A DNA stretch of 60,643 nt, counting the filler, from Gonapodya sp. JEL0774 (Eukaryota), in NCBI GenBank assembly GCA_027604505.1. It is 2 parts of 2 records of this genome, joined end to end, with 100 filler letters (N's around TTAATTAATTAA, not from the genome) between each part and the next. Parts side by side here need not be neighbours in the genome. Positions count along the whole stretch, not along the records: positions 30,571 to 60,643 come from JADIIX010000205.1; 1 more part is not named here. One strand, written 5' to 3'. This document shows positions 37,433 through 51,593 of the stretch, one piece after another (the stretch's first letter is position 1; each line of letters opens with the position of its first letter). The position numbers were made by a program, and so were the translations under genes. The notes below the pieces were generated by a model, which was not told the origin of the DNA, ran no database searches, and saw only the letters and a list, made by a program, of their open reading frames with translations.

Positions 37433-40189
37433 CTAAACACACAAGGCGACAATGATTAGATGGATTATAGCACACGTGCACGCACAACAACCCCGGAAGC
37501 AAAGCACAGCGATCGAGGCTGGCCTGACATGATATGGATTCTCTCGAATCCAATAGCGGGAGCACCCTGACAACGAATTCCGAAAGTTCAAACTCAAAAC
37601 GCGATAAGGGAAATACAACCTTGGACTCCCCCGCCCCTCCCCGGAGCCATGTCCATTCCTCGACCGGGCATCCCGCATGCGCCTTTTCTTCTCGTCAACA
37701 CGCCGCCGGCCATCGGACCGTGAAAGAGAGCTACTCGACGATCGCGACGATGTTGACCTCCTACGCTTGCGTTGCGTCGATGATTTCTTTTGTCTTTTAT
37801 CCGGACTGCTCGACGAACTGTTCGGGCTCCTGCTCCTTGATCGTCTATTGCGACTGCGACTGTGACTCCTGCTCCGCTCTCGACTTCTCAAACGCTTGTT
37901 GCGCCCCTGACGAGGACTGCGGCTCTGGCTACGGTACCGTGGTCTCTCGGACTCACGCCGCGCCTCCAAATAGTGCTCCGTACGTGTGTTTCGTCGTGGT
38001 GGACTTCGACTTCTGCTCCGCGACTCAGACTCATCGCGGCGTGCGGATTTCAACAGTCCCGTTTTGTCGTCGCGTGGGACATTTCGTTGATTTCGAGCGA
38101 TGTGGGCAATTTCGACATTTGAAGGTTCCGCTCCCGCTCCCTGTAAGTCGCGGAGCACCGGCACTGGCTCGTCCTGCTTCACTTTCGCACCCCCTCGAAG
38201 GCTGACAATCATATTTCAATAGCAAAATTGAAATAAAAAAATGGCTATTTGAGCGCAGAATTTCGTTGGAAGTTTTGTGAGAGGTGGACTCACTTTGTTG
38301 GCCGCTTGGACTTTTTAAACGCGATAAGGGGCGCTCCTTCACCAGACGCTGTTGGCACACTCAGAGTCACAGACGTGACGGCCACTTTCGGAAACACACA
38401 CGCCGAGCCCGTCCAGCGCAAAAAAATTTGTCAGTCTCTGAAAGGACAGTCTCGCACCCTACCACGTCCACGTCCATAACTCACCGTCCAACCCTCCCAC
38501 GACAGCCTCCTCATCCTCTCTCGCCGCCTTGCGCAGTCTCTCTCTTGCTGAAAAACCCGGCGCCGACAAGACGCTTCGTACCGCCGTTGCTGCATCGCCT
38601 TTGGACCACGGCTCGTCTTCAGCAGACGAAATGTCCTCGACTGCGCCGGGGACGGGCTCGGGGGCGAACTCGACGCCGCCGAGGTCAGAGCTCGGAGAGG
38701 AAGAGCGGGATGAGGCGCTGCGAGGTTACATGGTAGTCGTGTGAAGCGCCGCCCCTGCATGATTCTGCAAACTCCTGACTGAGACTGAGAAACACGATCC
38801 CACACCTACCTTTCGTCCCCCGACACGCTCTCCCGCCTCGAACCACTCCCATCACTATTTTCGGACAGTTCCCCATAGGCGTGCCCCTGCTCCCCTCCGA
38901 CTTCCGAATCAGAATCGCTGGCGTGCTTTTTTCGACCGCGCCCGTAACCGCGTATGCGACGCGCTTGGAGACGATTGAGGCGGCGTTCCTATTAAGGGGG
39001 ACCCACCTGGTGTTTGCGCTTGCTATGTCTTCTGACAGAGTCACGAGCCTCGACTCACCTCTGCCACCTTTCCCCTCCGCTGTTTCTCTTCTACTCTTGC
39101 GCACTGTCGCGCTGTTTTCTCCATCTTGTCGACACCGTATGCCAGACCAAGTTGGTTGAATCGCGCAACGTGGTCTGGAGGGAGATGGTCGATCCAGTCC
39201 AGGTAGGCCGCGGGGGAGGGGAACCCCACGTCAGAAGTGGAAGGCAGTGTAGTAGTGTGGGCGAAAGTTTTTGGGAAAGGTTCGGTGGGAGTGGCGGCGG
39301 GGGCCTTCGTTCTGATCAGGGAACTTTACATAACAACGCTCGCATGGACATGAACGACCACAAAAACACGAGAGAGTCTCACTTGTCACCAGACCCGAGC
39401 ACGTCATTAGCATCCTGATTTTTGGATCTACCGGCTGCTCCAGCCTTGGAATGCTGAACAAGGTGCGCGTTCCAGCCTGCGTCGATTGCCTGGAGGGTGG
39501 CAACCTCGGGACCTACAAGGAATCACCCGAAGTCTGGAATGCTTCTCCAAATAAAATTCTTGTCCACAGTGACTCACGTCCTTTCACCTCCGCATCCACA
39601 AGGTCCCGATACCGCTCAAAATTGAGGTCATCCGAGATACGCTCCTCCTCTGGCAACGTTAGCTGTGACGCTGACGTACTCGCAGCGACGGGCTCTTCGG
39701 GGACCAGATCGAGTAAATTGCGCGCATCGAACCGATCCACGGTGGCTTCCTGGTCGGCAAGCCATGGTGACAGGTCCTTGCCGGTTTCGATTGCGTAGTA
39801 TCTGTTTTCATTCACCGGTGCAATTTGAGCTCCGAGTAAGAACACGGAGGACAACTAGAACAAATCTCACTTCTCAGCATCCATTACAGCCTTGTAGCTC
39901 GTCCCAGTGAGTCGAATGAGCTGGATCGGGTCCGTCATCCGCGCATCCATTTCCATCTTCCTCTTCTCGGCCCGTGCCTTGTTTTCGTCCATAAGCGCAT
40001 ACAGCTGGCAACATGTTGCGACGTGGTGAACACGGGAGGAAACAGAGGGAGGACATTGTGCAAAAAGTTATGTAGATGTATGGAGATGATAGAATGTTCC
40101 AAAATTGGGAGGGACGACGACAAAAAACGAGACGACGGGAGCTGGGACCTTACTCTGCGCTCCTCTTTACGCGCGGCATGCCAGGCCAT
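37433..40189 (-). CDS. CLASRP: CLASRP/SFRS16-like splicing regulator (DRY_EERY domain plus RS tail); 3' end approximate
   Basis: MAWHAARKEERRV, PWLADQEATVDRFDARNLLD, DDLNFERYRDL, long SR-dipeptide C-terminus. Confidence 0.85.
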
Positions 40190-40347
40190 TTTAATTAGTC
40201 CCTCGTACTGTGTTAGAGAGATAGCGATCGTACGGATGATCAAACACTGCTAAGAATATTGTATGTATGAGTGATTCATCCAACAAGAGAAACAATCATA
40301 TGTACAAAGTCACCCATCAGCGAATAAATAGAAAATGTGAGCGAAAG

Positions 40348-42223
40348 TCATTCAGGCAAGTTTCCCCTTCGCTCCAACCGGTTGTCGTACTCCATGAGCA
40401 CTGCAAACACATGGCATTGCAAGTCGTCCCACCTGAGGCCCTCCCTCCCCAATTCGTAGCCCCTTTTAGCAATAGTCTCTGCTTCTTCGTTGTTATCGAT
40501 CGCCCATCTCACCGCTGATAACAAATCAGACCAATCCATCTTGAGCGGCAGGTAGTGGACGTATGGGATCGCCCAGAAATCCGTCCAATCTACGAACGCC
40601 CGAGCTCGCATAATAAGTGACCGAGACTCCCGAATAAGGTGGTGAAAGCGAGACGAGAATGTATTACCGTCCGTGTCGATCAAGAACCGGTACCGAAACT
40701 GCTCTTCATAGTCAACCCGTCGGCTCATATTTAAACCGAACACGCGAACCATCGCCCTCAGTGCCTCATCCGAATCTACTTGTGTGTAATCTGTGAATTT
40801 CACGTCCAGAGGTGTTGCAGAATCCCTCTTGCGCTCATCCTGGACGTACTTCACAAGCCTGTGTCGGTGCAATCGATTCCACAAAGTCGTATTGGCTGGA
40901 GTTTTTGACCCTGTATTGCTTCCACGCCAGAAGGCTATCGGTATTTTGCGGTGAAAGTGGGCGGCTTCACTGGGATGGAATGTGTGATTTTCTTGGTGTC
41001 TTCCTTCAGAATGACGGCAAATAGATTAATTTCAAACCAAATTTGGACGAGAGTACCTGGACTCATATACCAGAGGTTCCATTTGCGTAGAGGAGCGGCA
41101 GTAAAATGTCGGCATAGCATCGCGGTATTGTCGCTTGTGAGAACACCGGGAGGATATGATTTGTGGTCATGATGGTACTGTGCTTGCATGGACAGTCAGC
41201 GGAGTCTCGGGAATGTGAAAAAATAGAAATCGCTCTCACTCACTCTGGACGGAAGAAGTATCCATGGTGGGCGAAAGCTTCTCTCGGTGGTGTGAGATCA
41301 AATGGATTGCTGTGATCCAGCTGCGCAATATTCAGAAGATCACGTGGTACTCGCTCGGCGATTTCAGAAATCTGGTCTTGCAAGCTCTTGACCTGCGGCA
41401 GTTCGTCATCCGCGGGCACGCGCAGGCCGAAAATGCAGCTCTGTCCAGGAACATTCACTCTGGGCTCATCCAAGTCGTTTACAACCACTCGAAAGTTCCG
41501 AGGAAACCACTTCGCAAAACCTTGGAAGAAAGGGCCCCACGTCGGAGACAACGTGCCAGGGTTCCATCCCTCTGTAGCTCCGTAGTGCGGGTTCTCCAAC
41601 GGCTCGCCAAGGTCGTCCGACCACGAATCATTGTGATATGTCGCGGTCGTGTCGAGTTGTCCTGTCAATGGACCAAACATGATCGTTGTCGTGCGGGGAA
41701 GGTAAGAGGCTCGTACTAGGACGTCGTGACTGATCCCCTCGGGGAGGTGAGAGAGGGTTTTGGAGAGATGTGCAGCACCCAAAACATTGCATTTGTGCTC
41801 TCTTGCAAAGTTGTACCAGGGCTTGTAAAGCCGCGGTGGTTTCTTCTTTTGCGTTAAGGTATAGTACGCAACAGCTTCTTCGAAAGTCGGGATACGTTTG
41901 GTATGTTGAGTCGCCCACTTTACATAACCATGGATATATGGCTGGGGAAGAATCTCGACTTGGAATTCATCGAGGCTGGTCGATTGGTGTGGTGTAATTG
42001 GAGGTTTCGTGCCGGCATCAGGATTCCCACCTGCAGGAAAGCTCTGATCGCTGAAGCTCATTTAGAGTCTAGTATATTCCAATCAACATCTCATACCGTT
42101 ACGTTTCGTTTGAAAATGGAACACGTCACCATCGTACATGTTCGCCAGAATATGGAATATTGAGATGGCGAGAACGGCGCCCAATAGAAGCCAGACACTC
42201 CGACATGACTTGAAAATCGCCAT
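40348..42223 (-). CDS. Glycosyltransferase family 90 (CAP10-like) type II membrane protein
   Basis: N-terminal hydrophobic anchor; KKPPRLYKPWYNFA, VNDLDEPRV, YRFLIDTDGNTFSSRF, PYVHYLPLKMDWSDL. Confidence 0.88.
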
Positions 42224-42755
42224 CAAGGTACTGGTGTGCATTTGGAGCGCTCGTCACCTGTGGGGGAATGGTACTGCTTTCTGTCATCGAATGTCTCACT
42301 GATCATTCAGGCCTCAGGTCGACCGAAAAGGGCTGGGGCCGAATGCTTTCCAACTCAGATATGAGCGGCAACGGCAGGCTTCGGATGGAGAACTGTGCAG
42401 ATTTCGGAAGGGTCCTTCTACACTGGGGTTTGACCTCAGTAGCGAGGTGGTGAGATGGGCAAGGCACGGAAAGCGAAGACGGACAACGCAAGAAGTTCTC
42501 CTCACTCACTGTGTAAACAACGAGGCAACCATGCATTGTGATTCACGAATGTCAAAAATGCTTATGTGCAAGACGAGAAATGAAAGACTGGTCCTAACCT
42601 CCTCTTGAGCGCATGCAAACAGTTTGTGTCCGGCCTTTTGAGGGCCATATCAGTTTTCTGAATGGGGGACTCTGAAAGGTGTGGAAGTTGTGCTGCTGCA
42701 CTGCGCTGCAGCGGACACAATGACCCGCCCTCGCGCAGCCCGACGATTTCAAACG

Positions 42756-45700
42756 ATGGCGCAGACGCCCGGATGCCTCGAGGGAATCACGATTACGACA
42801 ACAGGGTTGGGACTGGAGGAGAGGGTGAGTGCGCTGTGTTTTGGGTTCGGTAGTGTGTAATTGCCCCATTGCTCGGTCATCACCAAACGTTTTCGCCAAC
42901 TTTCTCACGGATTTCGTTAACGTATGTGCCTTGAAACTTGGCGCTCTATCTCGAAAGACGGTCCTTTCGGAGCGAATAGAGAAACTTGGTGGGACTGCCA
43001 GCCTGAGTTTCACGAATATCGTCACCCACCTGGTGGCGGCGGTTTCCGATTCAGACAAGTACTATGTATGTACGCGCTTCTGGGACGAGCACCGCGTCGT
43101 CGGCCTTGTAAGATCAGAAGGTCACAACCGTTCCGTTCTTCCTCCCATGTTGTCCACAGGCAGCCGTCCAGCGAGGCATACCTGTGATCCGTCCAAGTTG
43201 GATCGAGGAATGCTTAGAAATGCGAATTCATGGTGGATTTGATTCGGAAAAGGTTCGAGCAGGTTGATAATTAGGGTCTATTGCAATTGTAATTTGCATG
43301 GCCCACACTCGTTTCAACCACCAGGCCCGGGAGCTTGCTGGCCGCCACAGGCTCCCTTCATTTTTCGGGTGCAAGTTGTGTGTGACTGGAATCGCTCGAG
43401 GTAAGTCCCATTTCGAATCACCGTTCAGTTTGTAGGAATGAACACTCCAACGAAGTCTTGCGCACGCCTAATCAACACCGCCGATAGAAAATCGCGATCG
43501 TATCGCCGAACTAGTATCTGCGAATGGAGGTGTCTTCACGGCAGACCTGGACCGTACAGTCACTCACCTTGTGTGCGCCCCGGATGGAAATACTTCCAAG
43601 AAATTTGCCATGGCAGTAAAGGGCCCTATCAAGGTAGTTCGCGAAGAATGGTTCTGGAAAAGCGCGGAGAAAGGGGGTGAGGTTCAGCAGTGGTCGGATC
43701 ACCTGTCTCGACCGTTAGTGAAGTGTCTGACTTCTGAAACACCATTGCAGGCATGTTGAATCCTAAAGACTACCTGTTTAACCCCACTATCCCAGCACAT
43801 AGAGCCGTTGACACTGACTCGCATGATCCAGGTATTTATTGATGGTACCCCTTCACTGCATATGCTGTGTGTTTCTTCATCCCCAACTACCTCGGTTTTC
43901 GATTGGCACCACCGTTCCCGAACTCGAACGCCAACGGTCCGTCCTAACCGTAGCTGATTCGTCTCGTGCCGCCAGCCGTCCTAGCAGTCAGCTTTCTCGC
44001 CGCCTTACTGCCCTACTCCCGACACGCTCCCAACAACATCCCGATGCCATTCCAGCAAGTGCATCAGAACTGGTCCAAGAAACAAATATGTCAAGCAATA
44101 TCACCGCCTCTATCGTGGCCCAGTTTGAAGGCCTTTTGTGCCAGCCGTCACGTCCTGGCGACCCATTACCTTTGGATGGCATGGCCTTTGCTTTCTCGCC
44201 GTGCTTCACCTCCGCGGAGCGAGGAGTCTTGCGACGAGCGGTTCGTAAGCTCGGCGGGACCACGAGAGAGGAGTATGGCCTGGATGCAACTCATTACGTG
44301 GTGTTGGGATCCAAGACCGGCAGAATACGGGATCAAGAACTGGAGGAGTTACGGGCCCTTGATCGTCCATCATCAGCGGCGGTGATTCGATATGCGTGGC
44401 TTTTTGAGGCACTTTGTACGCCAGAAACCGTGCCGGGCATTGAGAATTTCACCGTGGACCTCCCTCAAGACACCTTTGTTACTCCAAATGCTTTGTCAGC
44501 GACAACTCGTCCTCAGCTTTCTCAGCGTTCTCAGCCTCCAAGTTCGTCAGAACCTTTAAAACTGAAAAGACCTCCCAGCTCGTCTACTGCTGCGGATACC
44601 CTTCGTGAAATCCAAGAATCGTTTGCTGCCGCAGAAAATGCAATGAAGATGATCCAGCAAACGAGCTCTGGCGTCGAGAGTACAAGTGGTAGTGTAGCGG
44701 GAGCTAGACGGCGGACACTAGCTATGACGGAGCGGCGGTCAGACCTTCCCCGAGATGCGTCTTTTGTGACTCCTGTTGAACGGGTATTCTCAGCGAGCGA
44801 GGTGAAGGTGCAAGAGGTTGAACGTACTCATACCGGGTTTTCAGGGACCGAGGATGCGCTTGTTCGGAATTTACCAAATGATCCTGTACCAGCTCTCGGA
44901 GGATCGGCACGAGCTGTTGCTGTTGCCTTATCAAACGTGTTCAAGGACATGCGCTTTTCTTCAACCCACTTCGAAGGCACCTTAGTTGATTCTATCAAAC
45001 ACATGGTCAGATCTAACGGGGGAGAGTGGAGAGACATGCCGCCTGTGACGGGAAAGTGGTATAATGTCGTGGGAATTTTAGGGTGAGATGAATGCGTTGG
45101 TTGTCATTTGGCAAAGCTCTGACACCACCCTCCGATGAAATGAATTAGCGCTTCATCACTCCTTGGCATAGCAGGCGAGATACCAGTCACAGATTTGTGG
45201 CTGGTCCGCTGCTGCGCCGCCAGACGAGTGCTCGACCTGTCAGGTTCCCCAGTGTGGACCCCAAGAGATTCCTCCAATATTGACGGTCCGTTATGTAACT
45301 GTTTGAATATTCACGCTCTTGCACGAGTGTTGATTTTTTGAGAATTCTGGGGCAGGTTTCCGCAAGCTCCGTGTTGGTGTGACGAACTTCGAAGACATTG
45401 ATCGCCAGGAGGTCACCCAGGTGGCTACTGCACTAGGTATGTTTCACTGTGATTCTCATCGCATGTGTACATACTGCTGACTATAAACACGATATTAAGG
45501 GGCGCCGTTCACGGAGAATTTTACCCGCCGACACACCCATCTCATTTGCCCGACTATATCCGAGGAATACGGCAGGGATATGACACCGAAACGGATCAAG
45601 TCACGTGAATGGGGCATTCCGATCGTATCTCGCGCATGGCTGTTTGCATCGTTTCAAGCAGGTCAGCCGTTACCGGTGGACGATTACTTGGTGCCAGATG

Positions 45701-48418
45701 TACTGCCAGAAGATCAAGAAACGGGGGACCAGGGAAAGGAGAACAGTGGCGATGGATATCTGACTGGTGGCGTGCTGGATACTCGGGGGGTCAAGCGTGC
45801 GCTCGATAGTGTCGTCCGGAAGAACCATACCGAGGAGGTGCGTCAGGGGACACAGGGCAAAGGCAATGTATTAGGTGAGCTAAAAACGATTCAGATGGGA
45901 AAAATGGTTCTTGGACAGTTTTAACGGTTTCGTTTGAAGGAACTCCCCTCCCAGATGTCTTTTCGCGAAACCTGGCACGAGCTGGAGGACGGTTCGCTGT
46001 TCTCCCCAGCGCTGCACTGGACTTCGGATTAAGCCTTGCGGCAAATAGACCACATACGAATAATTCAGAACTGGAAGGTGATGAGAAAGAAACGTCAGAT
46101 CCACCGCCATCGTTCGCAACAGCAGATCCGGGCGATGCGGCCACAATATCGAAGGCTCAAAGCGGCTTATTAGAGGGAGTCAAGCTCTTTTTGGGCTCCA
46201 AGTCAATCGTAAGTTCTTGTTCGAAATGATTATGAAATCTTGTCTCTTTATCCATCTCGATTTATTCCTGAAGGACCGATCCCGGGAGAGCCTGCAGACG
46301 ACTGCCGAAGTTTTAGGCGCTGAACTTGTGGGGTCGGTATCAGAGTGCACGCATGCCGTGTTTGCCCGTGTCCGCGGAGTAGAGTCCACGACAGAATTCA
46401 AGTCCGCCGTACGAGCTGGTATTTCTCGAGTTTCAGCAAACTGGTTACTAGCTGTGAGTGAAAATTCGGTGGCTATCACTTCTGGCGTGACTCAAGTTTA
46501 TTGTGGTTTACAAGTGCAATGAGAAACAGATCAGACTTCCGGAGAAGGATTATCCGTATAACGTTCATGCATCAACACCACTGTTTGGGCCACGTCTCGT
46601 TCCTGGCATCCCACTTGATTCACATTTTCCCTTGTCAGAATTACAAGCACTAATCGGATCACCCCAGAACCCCGATTCTGGTGTGCCGGATGTTCGGAGT
46701 GCGAATACAGCTTCCGCCACATCGACGGTGACGATGACGCCGATCTCGACACAGCACAACCAGAAAGAACTGGATACTTCTGATACCACCGTCTCACTAT
46801 TGTCCGATCAACGTCCAGGTCCACCTACAGTGCACTTATCGCCTCGATCGGTTCTTGCTGCAAAAGTCGACACCCTCCTCACATCTCTTCCTCGTACGGT
46901 GGGTCCTCGTAAACGCCGCCGTGTCGCAGGACCCACTGAAATTGAACGGACAGTCGGGGATCAGCCAACTGTCATGTTCGAAACCCCCGATCTCCCTCGA
47001 CGTCCAACAGCAGACACGGATATGGATACTGACGGTTTTCCGGAAGGTTCTCCCCCTCCCCGCAATGTACAAGCGGATCTAGCGATTGCAGAAGTAACAT
47101 GGCACGATCCTCAGATCAAGGACGCGAAGCGGAGGTTGTTGGAGATGGTTGGAGGCGGTGGGAAGCGACCCAAAAATGATGGAGAGAGGGCCGACATTGC
47201 AGCTCATGACCAGAGAGCGAAAGCTGTGGCGCCTGGGGATCTTTTACTCCGTGATCGTGATTCAAGCCCCACTGAAGAGGGAAAAGTAATCGGTGACTCC
47301 GGCGTGGACGCGTTGACGAGAACCGAAGCGACTGTAGAAGGATCTGTCGCAAATAAGGAACTAGAAAATGGACAGACTGTCGCATCTTCAAAAGGCTCGA
47401 AACATCGAACGGACCGCAGCAAGATTGCCGAAGCTGCAAAAACGCCGAACCCGTCAGTCACAGCTACTACCGCCGCTTCAACGACAAAATTGCTTGACGA
47501 TCGAAGAAGACAGTGTAAGATTGTTTTCACAAGTGCTTCTTTGTCGGAGCGTCAGCGCTACAAGAGCATTCTGGAACGTTGCGGGGCTGTAGTGTACGAC
47601 GGACCCGGCGTAGCGGGGTCTTGGCAATTTGATTTGACGCACCTGGTTGTAGCTAAAGCTGGAGGAGTTACGGACAAGCTGCTGGCGGCAGTATCGAGTG
47701 GCTCTTGGTGAGTGTTACGCATGAAACGAAGCATGAGTTCCGTGAGATAAACCTGATGATGTATTCTCTTTGGTGGTAGGGTTGTTCGCACGTCTTACGT
47801 AGAGGCATGTGCAAAAGAGGGTACGTTGGTGGACGAAGAAGAGCACGAATGGACGCCGGAGCTTGCTGGAGGTGAGTTCCTCTGTGTGTGCCTCTTCAGA
47901 TTAGAGAATCGCGTTAACGGAAAGTTCGATTTGTGGCCGTTCACTCCCTTCACGCTTTACAATGATGATAACAATAGGTAAAGGCACTGTTCTCGCTTCG
48001 GCCCGCCGCTGGCGCCTTCATTTGGGGAACTATCTATCGCGCGGTCCCCGTCGCGGAGCCTTCTCAGAATTTAAGGCGTATATAGTAGTTTCAGGCGCAA
48101 CCACAGAGTCCGTGGTGAGAGTGCTCAAGGCAGGTGGTCTAACCGATTTCGAGGTTGGGAAGAAACCTTATGCGGTGGATGCTGTGAGTGCAATAGCAGC
48201 AGTCGAAATGCACCTCAAACTATTTTCTAGAGCGTATTCCACACCAATAGTCATTTACACACGTACTCATCGACGTCAACCTAATTAAGCGGGATGATCC
48301 GGACGGTGACTGGCGGTCTCTCGTTTCTGGTGGCCTGGTTGCGTGTTATGAGTTGCAACATTTCTTGACAAAGTACCTGAGCGGAGAGAATACGGATCGG
48401 CTGAGGATGATCTTGTAG
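42756..48418 (+). CDS. TOPBP1: Multi-BRCT protein, TOPBP1/Rad4/Cut5/Dpb11-like
   Basis: LEGITITTTG...IEKLGG...VTHLV..SDKY, RLPSFFGCKLCVTG, ANGGVFTADLDRTVTHLV, THLICP, CTHAV, LTHLVV..TDKLLAAVSSGSW, ARRWR. Confidence 0.85.
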
Positions 48419-49457
48419 AGGCTGTTTAGTTTCGTCACGGCGATTACTTATCCGGCAGCTTGAACTGGCGGTAATCCGTGTACATAAATACTCAAGTATT
48501 GCATAATCGGCAACACATGTATGGACCATGATAGTAACAAAATCTCGTATTCATTTGTTTTCATTGGTCGAACGCTTTTTGTTGCTTGTTGTACAACCAC
48601 CATAGTCTACAAGCAAGCAGAAAACTTCGGAAACAAGTTCGCGGGTACTTTTGAACGGAAGGAAATTGTGTTTCAGGCTTCTATTTCAATTTTCTTATCT
48701 CGAGGCACATTCTTACTTATGTAAAAGTGGTTTGTCATCGACTCATGGTGGCTCGCTTAACCCGTGCCCACCCCGCCATCTCTCCCATGTAACATGTTCC
48801 TCACATGCGAACTATGAACTATAGCCGCCTTGTGAGATCATGCGGCTGAACTCCAACTCAATCTCGCCACCCAACACCACACAAAACGATAAAGATGTTG
48901 AAGAACCAAAAGAGAAGGTCGAGAAATCATCGAGGTATCCGGTATCATGATCGTTGATCCATCTGAGAGGTTTGATCGATCCCTCTAAGCCAAAGCCAAA
49001 TGCGTGGGGCTTCCTACGACCGTTGTCGTCCAATACTAAATGTCCAGAACAGCAAGCCAAAAAAGAAAGGTAAAGCTAAAAGTTTAAGGGGTTGGAGTGG
49101 TATAGGAATGATGGGGTGAGGTGGATGCAGAGGCGTAAACAGGCTGTGCGTCTAGTAGGTGTGGTGCAGAGGGAGGCAGCCCAGAAGAAACGTGCAAAGG
49201 GGAATGCCGAAAATTCCGGTGACAGAAAAGTAGGTATATGGTATTGACGAGTGTGCCGTGATGTGTGTGAAGAAAATGGGAGAAGTAAAGTAAACTGGGT
49301 ACTGGTGTGTTGGTGCTGTCGTCGCTGCTTTTCATAGATGTGTAACTCCCGCTGTAGTTAGTCTCAAGACTCATGTCACCTCCACAAAGCGCCTCCGCAT
49401 CTTCTATCGGTGTCGGAGGTCGTTGTTGTCCATTATCTCCGCGTTTTCGTTCCCCTT

Positions 49458-51593
49458 TCACCGAACATTCAAGAAATCACACTGAACCACCTCATCCATG
49501 GTCCACCGCTTCTTCACGTCCACAGTCAACATGCGATCCACGAGGTATTGGAGCTCGGCGGGCACTATCATAAAGCGGAGAGGTGAAATTCACTGAACTC
49601 ACACTATCTCGATAAGACAACTCACCGTCCCATCCAATCACCTCCTTCCCAGGCCTTGGATAGGATTCAATACCTTGCACGGTATCCCATGCACCCTTTC
49701 GCATTATGTCACTGTGCTCCTCGGGAAGCCTTCCGTACACCATACCATACAGTATTAGCCCCAATGCCCACACGTCGGCTTCATATCCAGACCACCGGCG
49801 GGAGTACTGGTTCGAGATCTTCGACCCCAGAACAGCGGCAGTCATTTCGGGCGGAGAGAGTTCGTGGGTGCCATACACCTCAAACGCGTACGAGGTGATG
49901 TCGGTGGCGACCGTAGTGCGTGCGTGGCCGAAATCAATGAGTTTAGCGATGAGCGCGGAAGATATGAGGACTGGGAGCACATGAGTATTGCACAAGAGTA
50001 GTGGAAATTTACTAGGTATGCAATTGAGGATGACTAACCGAGATCCGACTTACTGTTTTCCTCCTTCAAATCACCATGCACAACACCCACGTGGTGCAAG
50101 TACGCCATCGCACCAGCGACTTGACCGAAAATGTGGCGGATTTCGTCTATGGTGAGGTGCTTACGGCGGTCAACGACTGCATCGGATATTGACATGTTGC
50201 GGAAGTAGACGGCATGAGAAAGGAACTTCAAACAAAGGTACAATTGCGACTCACACTCATAAAGGGTGCTCGTGTTGCACGCCTCCATTCTCACTTTGAC
50301 TATCTTGCCACCCTGCTCCTCATCTAATGGCACCTCAAACACCTCTCCCCAATGCTCGCTCCGCAACCAGCTGGTTCCTGCCCGCTCCGTCACCACATAC
50401 CACGCGCGATCGTCCTGCCACACGTCTAATACCTTGATAATACTTGGATGGGACAGTGTGAGAAGGATGGAGACCTCTCGATCAACACGGCGGGTGGAAG
50501 ATTTGTAGATGAGCTTGATTGCGACAGGTTCCACAGGCTCAGAGCCCGTGGCGATCGTGCGGGCGCCAATAACCGCACCGTTGGAGCCATATCCAAGTAA
50601 AGAGGATACAGTGTAGTGGGAGATAAGGTACGATGAGTGACGGAGTGCATGTGCAACGTAGAGTTGGGCTTTGGATTTTGATGAAGGTGGCAAGTAAGGG
50701 GAGTTGGAGTCCTCCGCGTGGGCCGATGCGGAAGACGAACGAGGTCCCGAATGAAATTTTTGAGTATGGGCATGAGATACGGAAGTGGAGTGGGGTGCGA
50801 GTGGCGTAAGTGGCGCAAAGGGCTTCAGCACATTGGTTGAGCAGGACGACGGCGAGGATGAGACGCTCAGTGTGGCGTCGCTACCCGTGACAGAAGCGGC
50901 AAGCGAGGGTACTGAATACGTTGATGCTGAGCTTGGCGGCTTTTTGGCAGTTAAAGAGGCAAGTGGCGGTCTACCGGAAACCGAAACGGAGGTGGTGGAT
51001 CCCGCGATGGCGTAGGATCCAGAGCCAGTCGAGGTGGACAGTGACAGCTTAGAAAAGGAATCCGAAGGGCTAGGCGGAGGTGAGACGTGAAGACCGGAGG
51101 ACGACCTCATGGATGAGAACGAGATCAGTTCCCTTTCTGCTGGTTGGGCGATTCGCGGGATCGAGAGGCGAGCAGGGCCGATTTTACCACCGAGCACGGA
51201 TTGTGACTGAGGAATGAGAAGAGACATGGAGGGTGTGGCGTGCAACGGCGGTCGTCCAGCATCGGATGATGAAGATGAGGAGCCTGGCACGGCACGGCCG
51301 CTGCGCCTTCCCGTATCAATATCCGTGGCTGTAGTGTTCCTCGTGTACGGTCCTGCTCGAATCTGAGAGGCTGAGTGGGCGCGTTTGTGGGTGCGAGCAG
51401 TCTGGTCAGCGGACGACGAGGGAGAACGAGGAGCATGACGCGCCGAGCGAGACAGAGAACGGGACACGCGGGCGGAAGACGATGAGGTGGTGGATGAGCG
51501 CGGAGTCTGATACGACGAGTGAGAAGAGAGAGATGGCGGGCGGGCGCGGAGGTTGTAGCTATGGGGCAGTGTGGCTGAAATGGGTTCAAGCAT
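49458..51593 (-). CDS. Ser/Thr protein kinase (CAMK group, PASK/PIM-like, non-RD) with a long Ser-rich N-terminus
   Basis: LGYGSNGAV, VAIKLIYK, HGDLKEEN, LIDFGHA, YGTHELSPPE, DVWALG; last exon ...VDRMLTVDVKKRWTMDEVVQCDFLNVR*. Confidence 0.87.

Noticed and set aside
37534..38205. 223-aa Cys-rich plus-strand ORF
   Set aside because: Antisense shadow of the RS repeats in the CLASRP-like gene.
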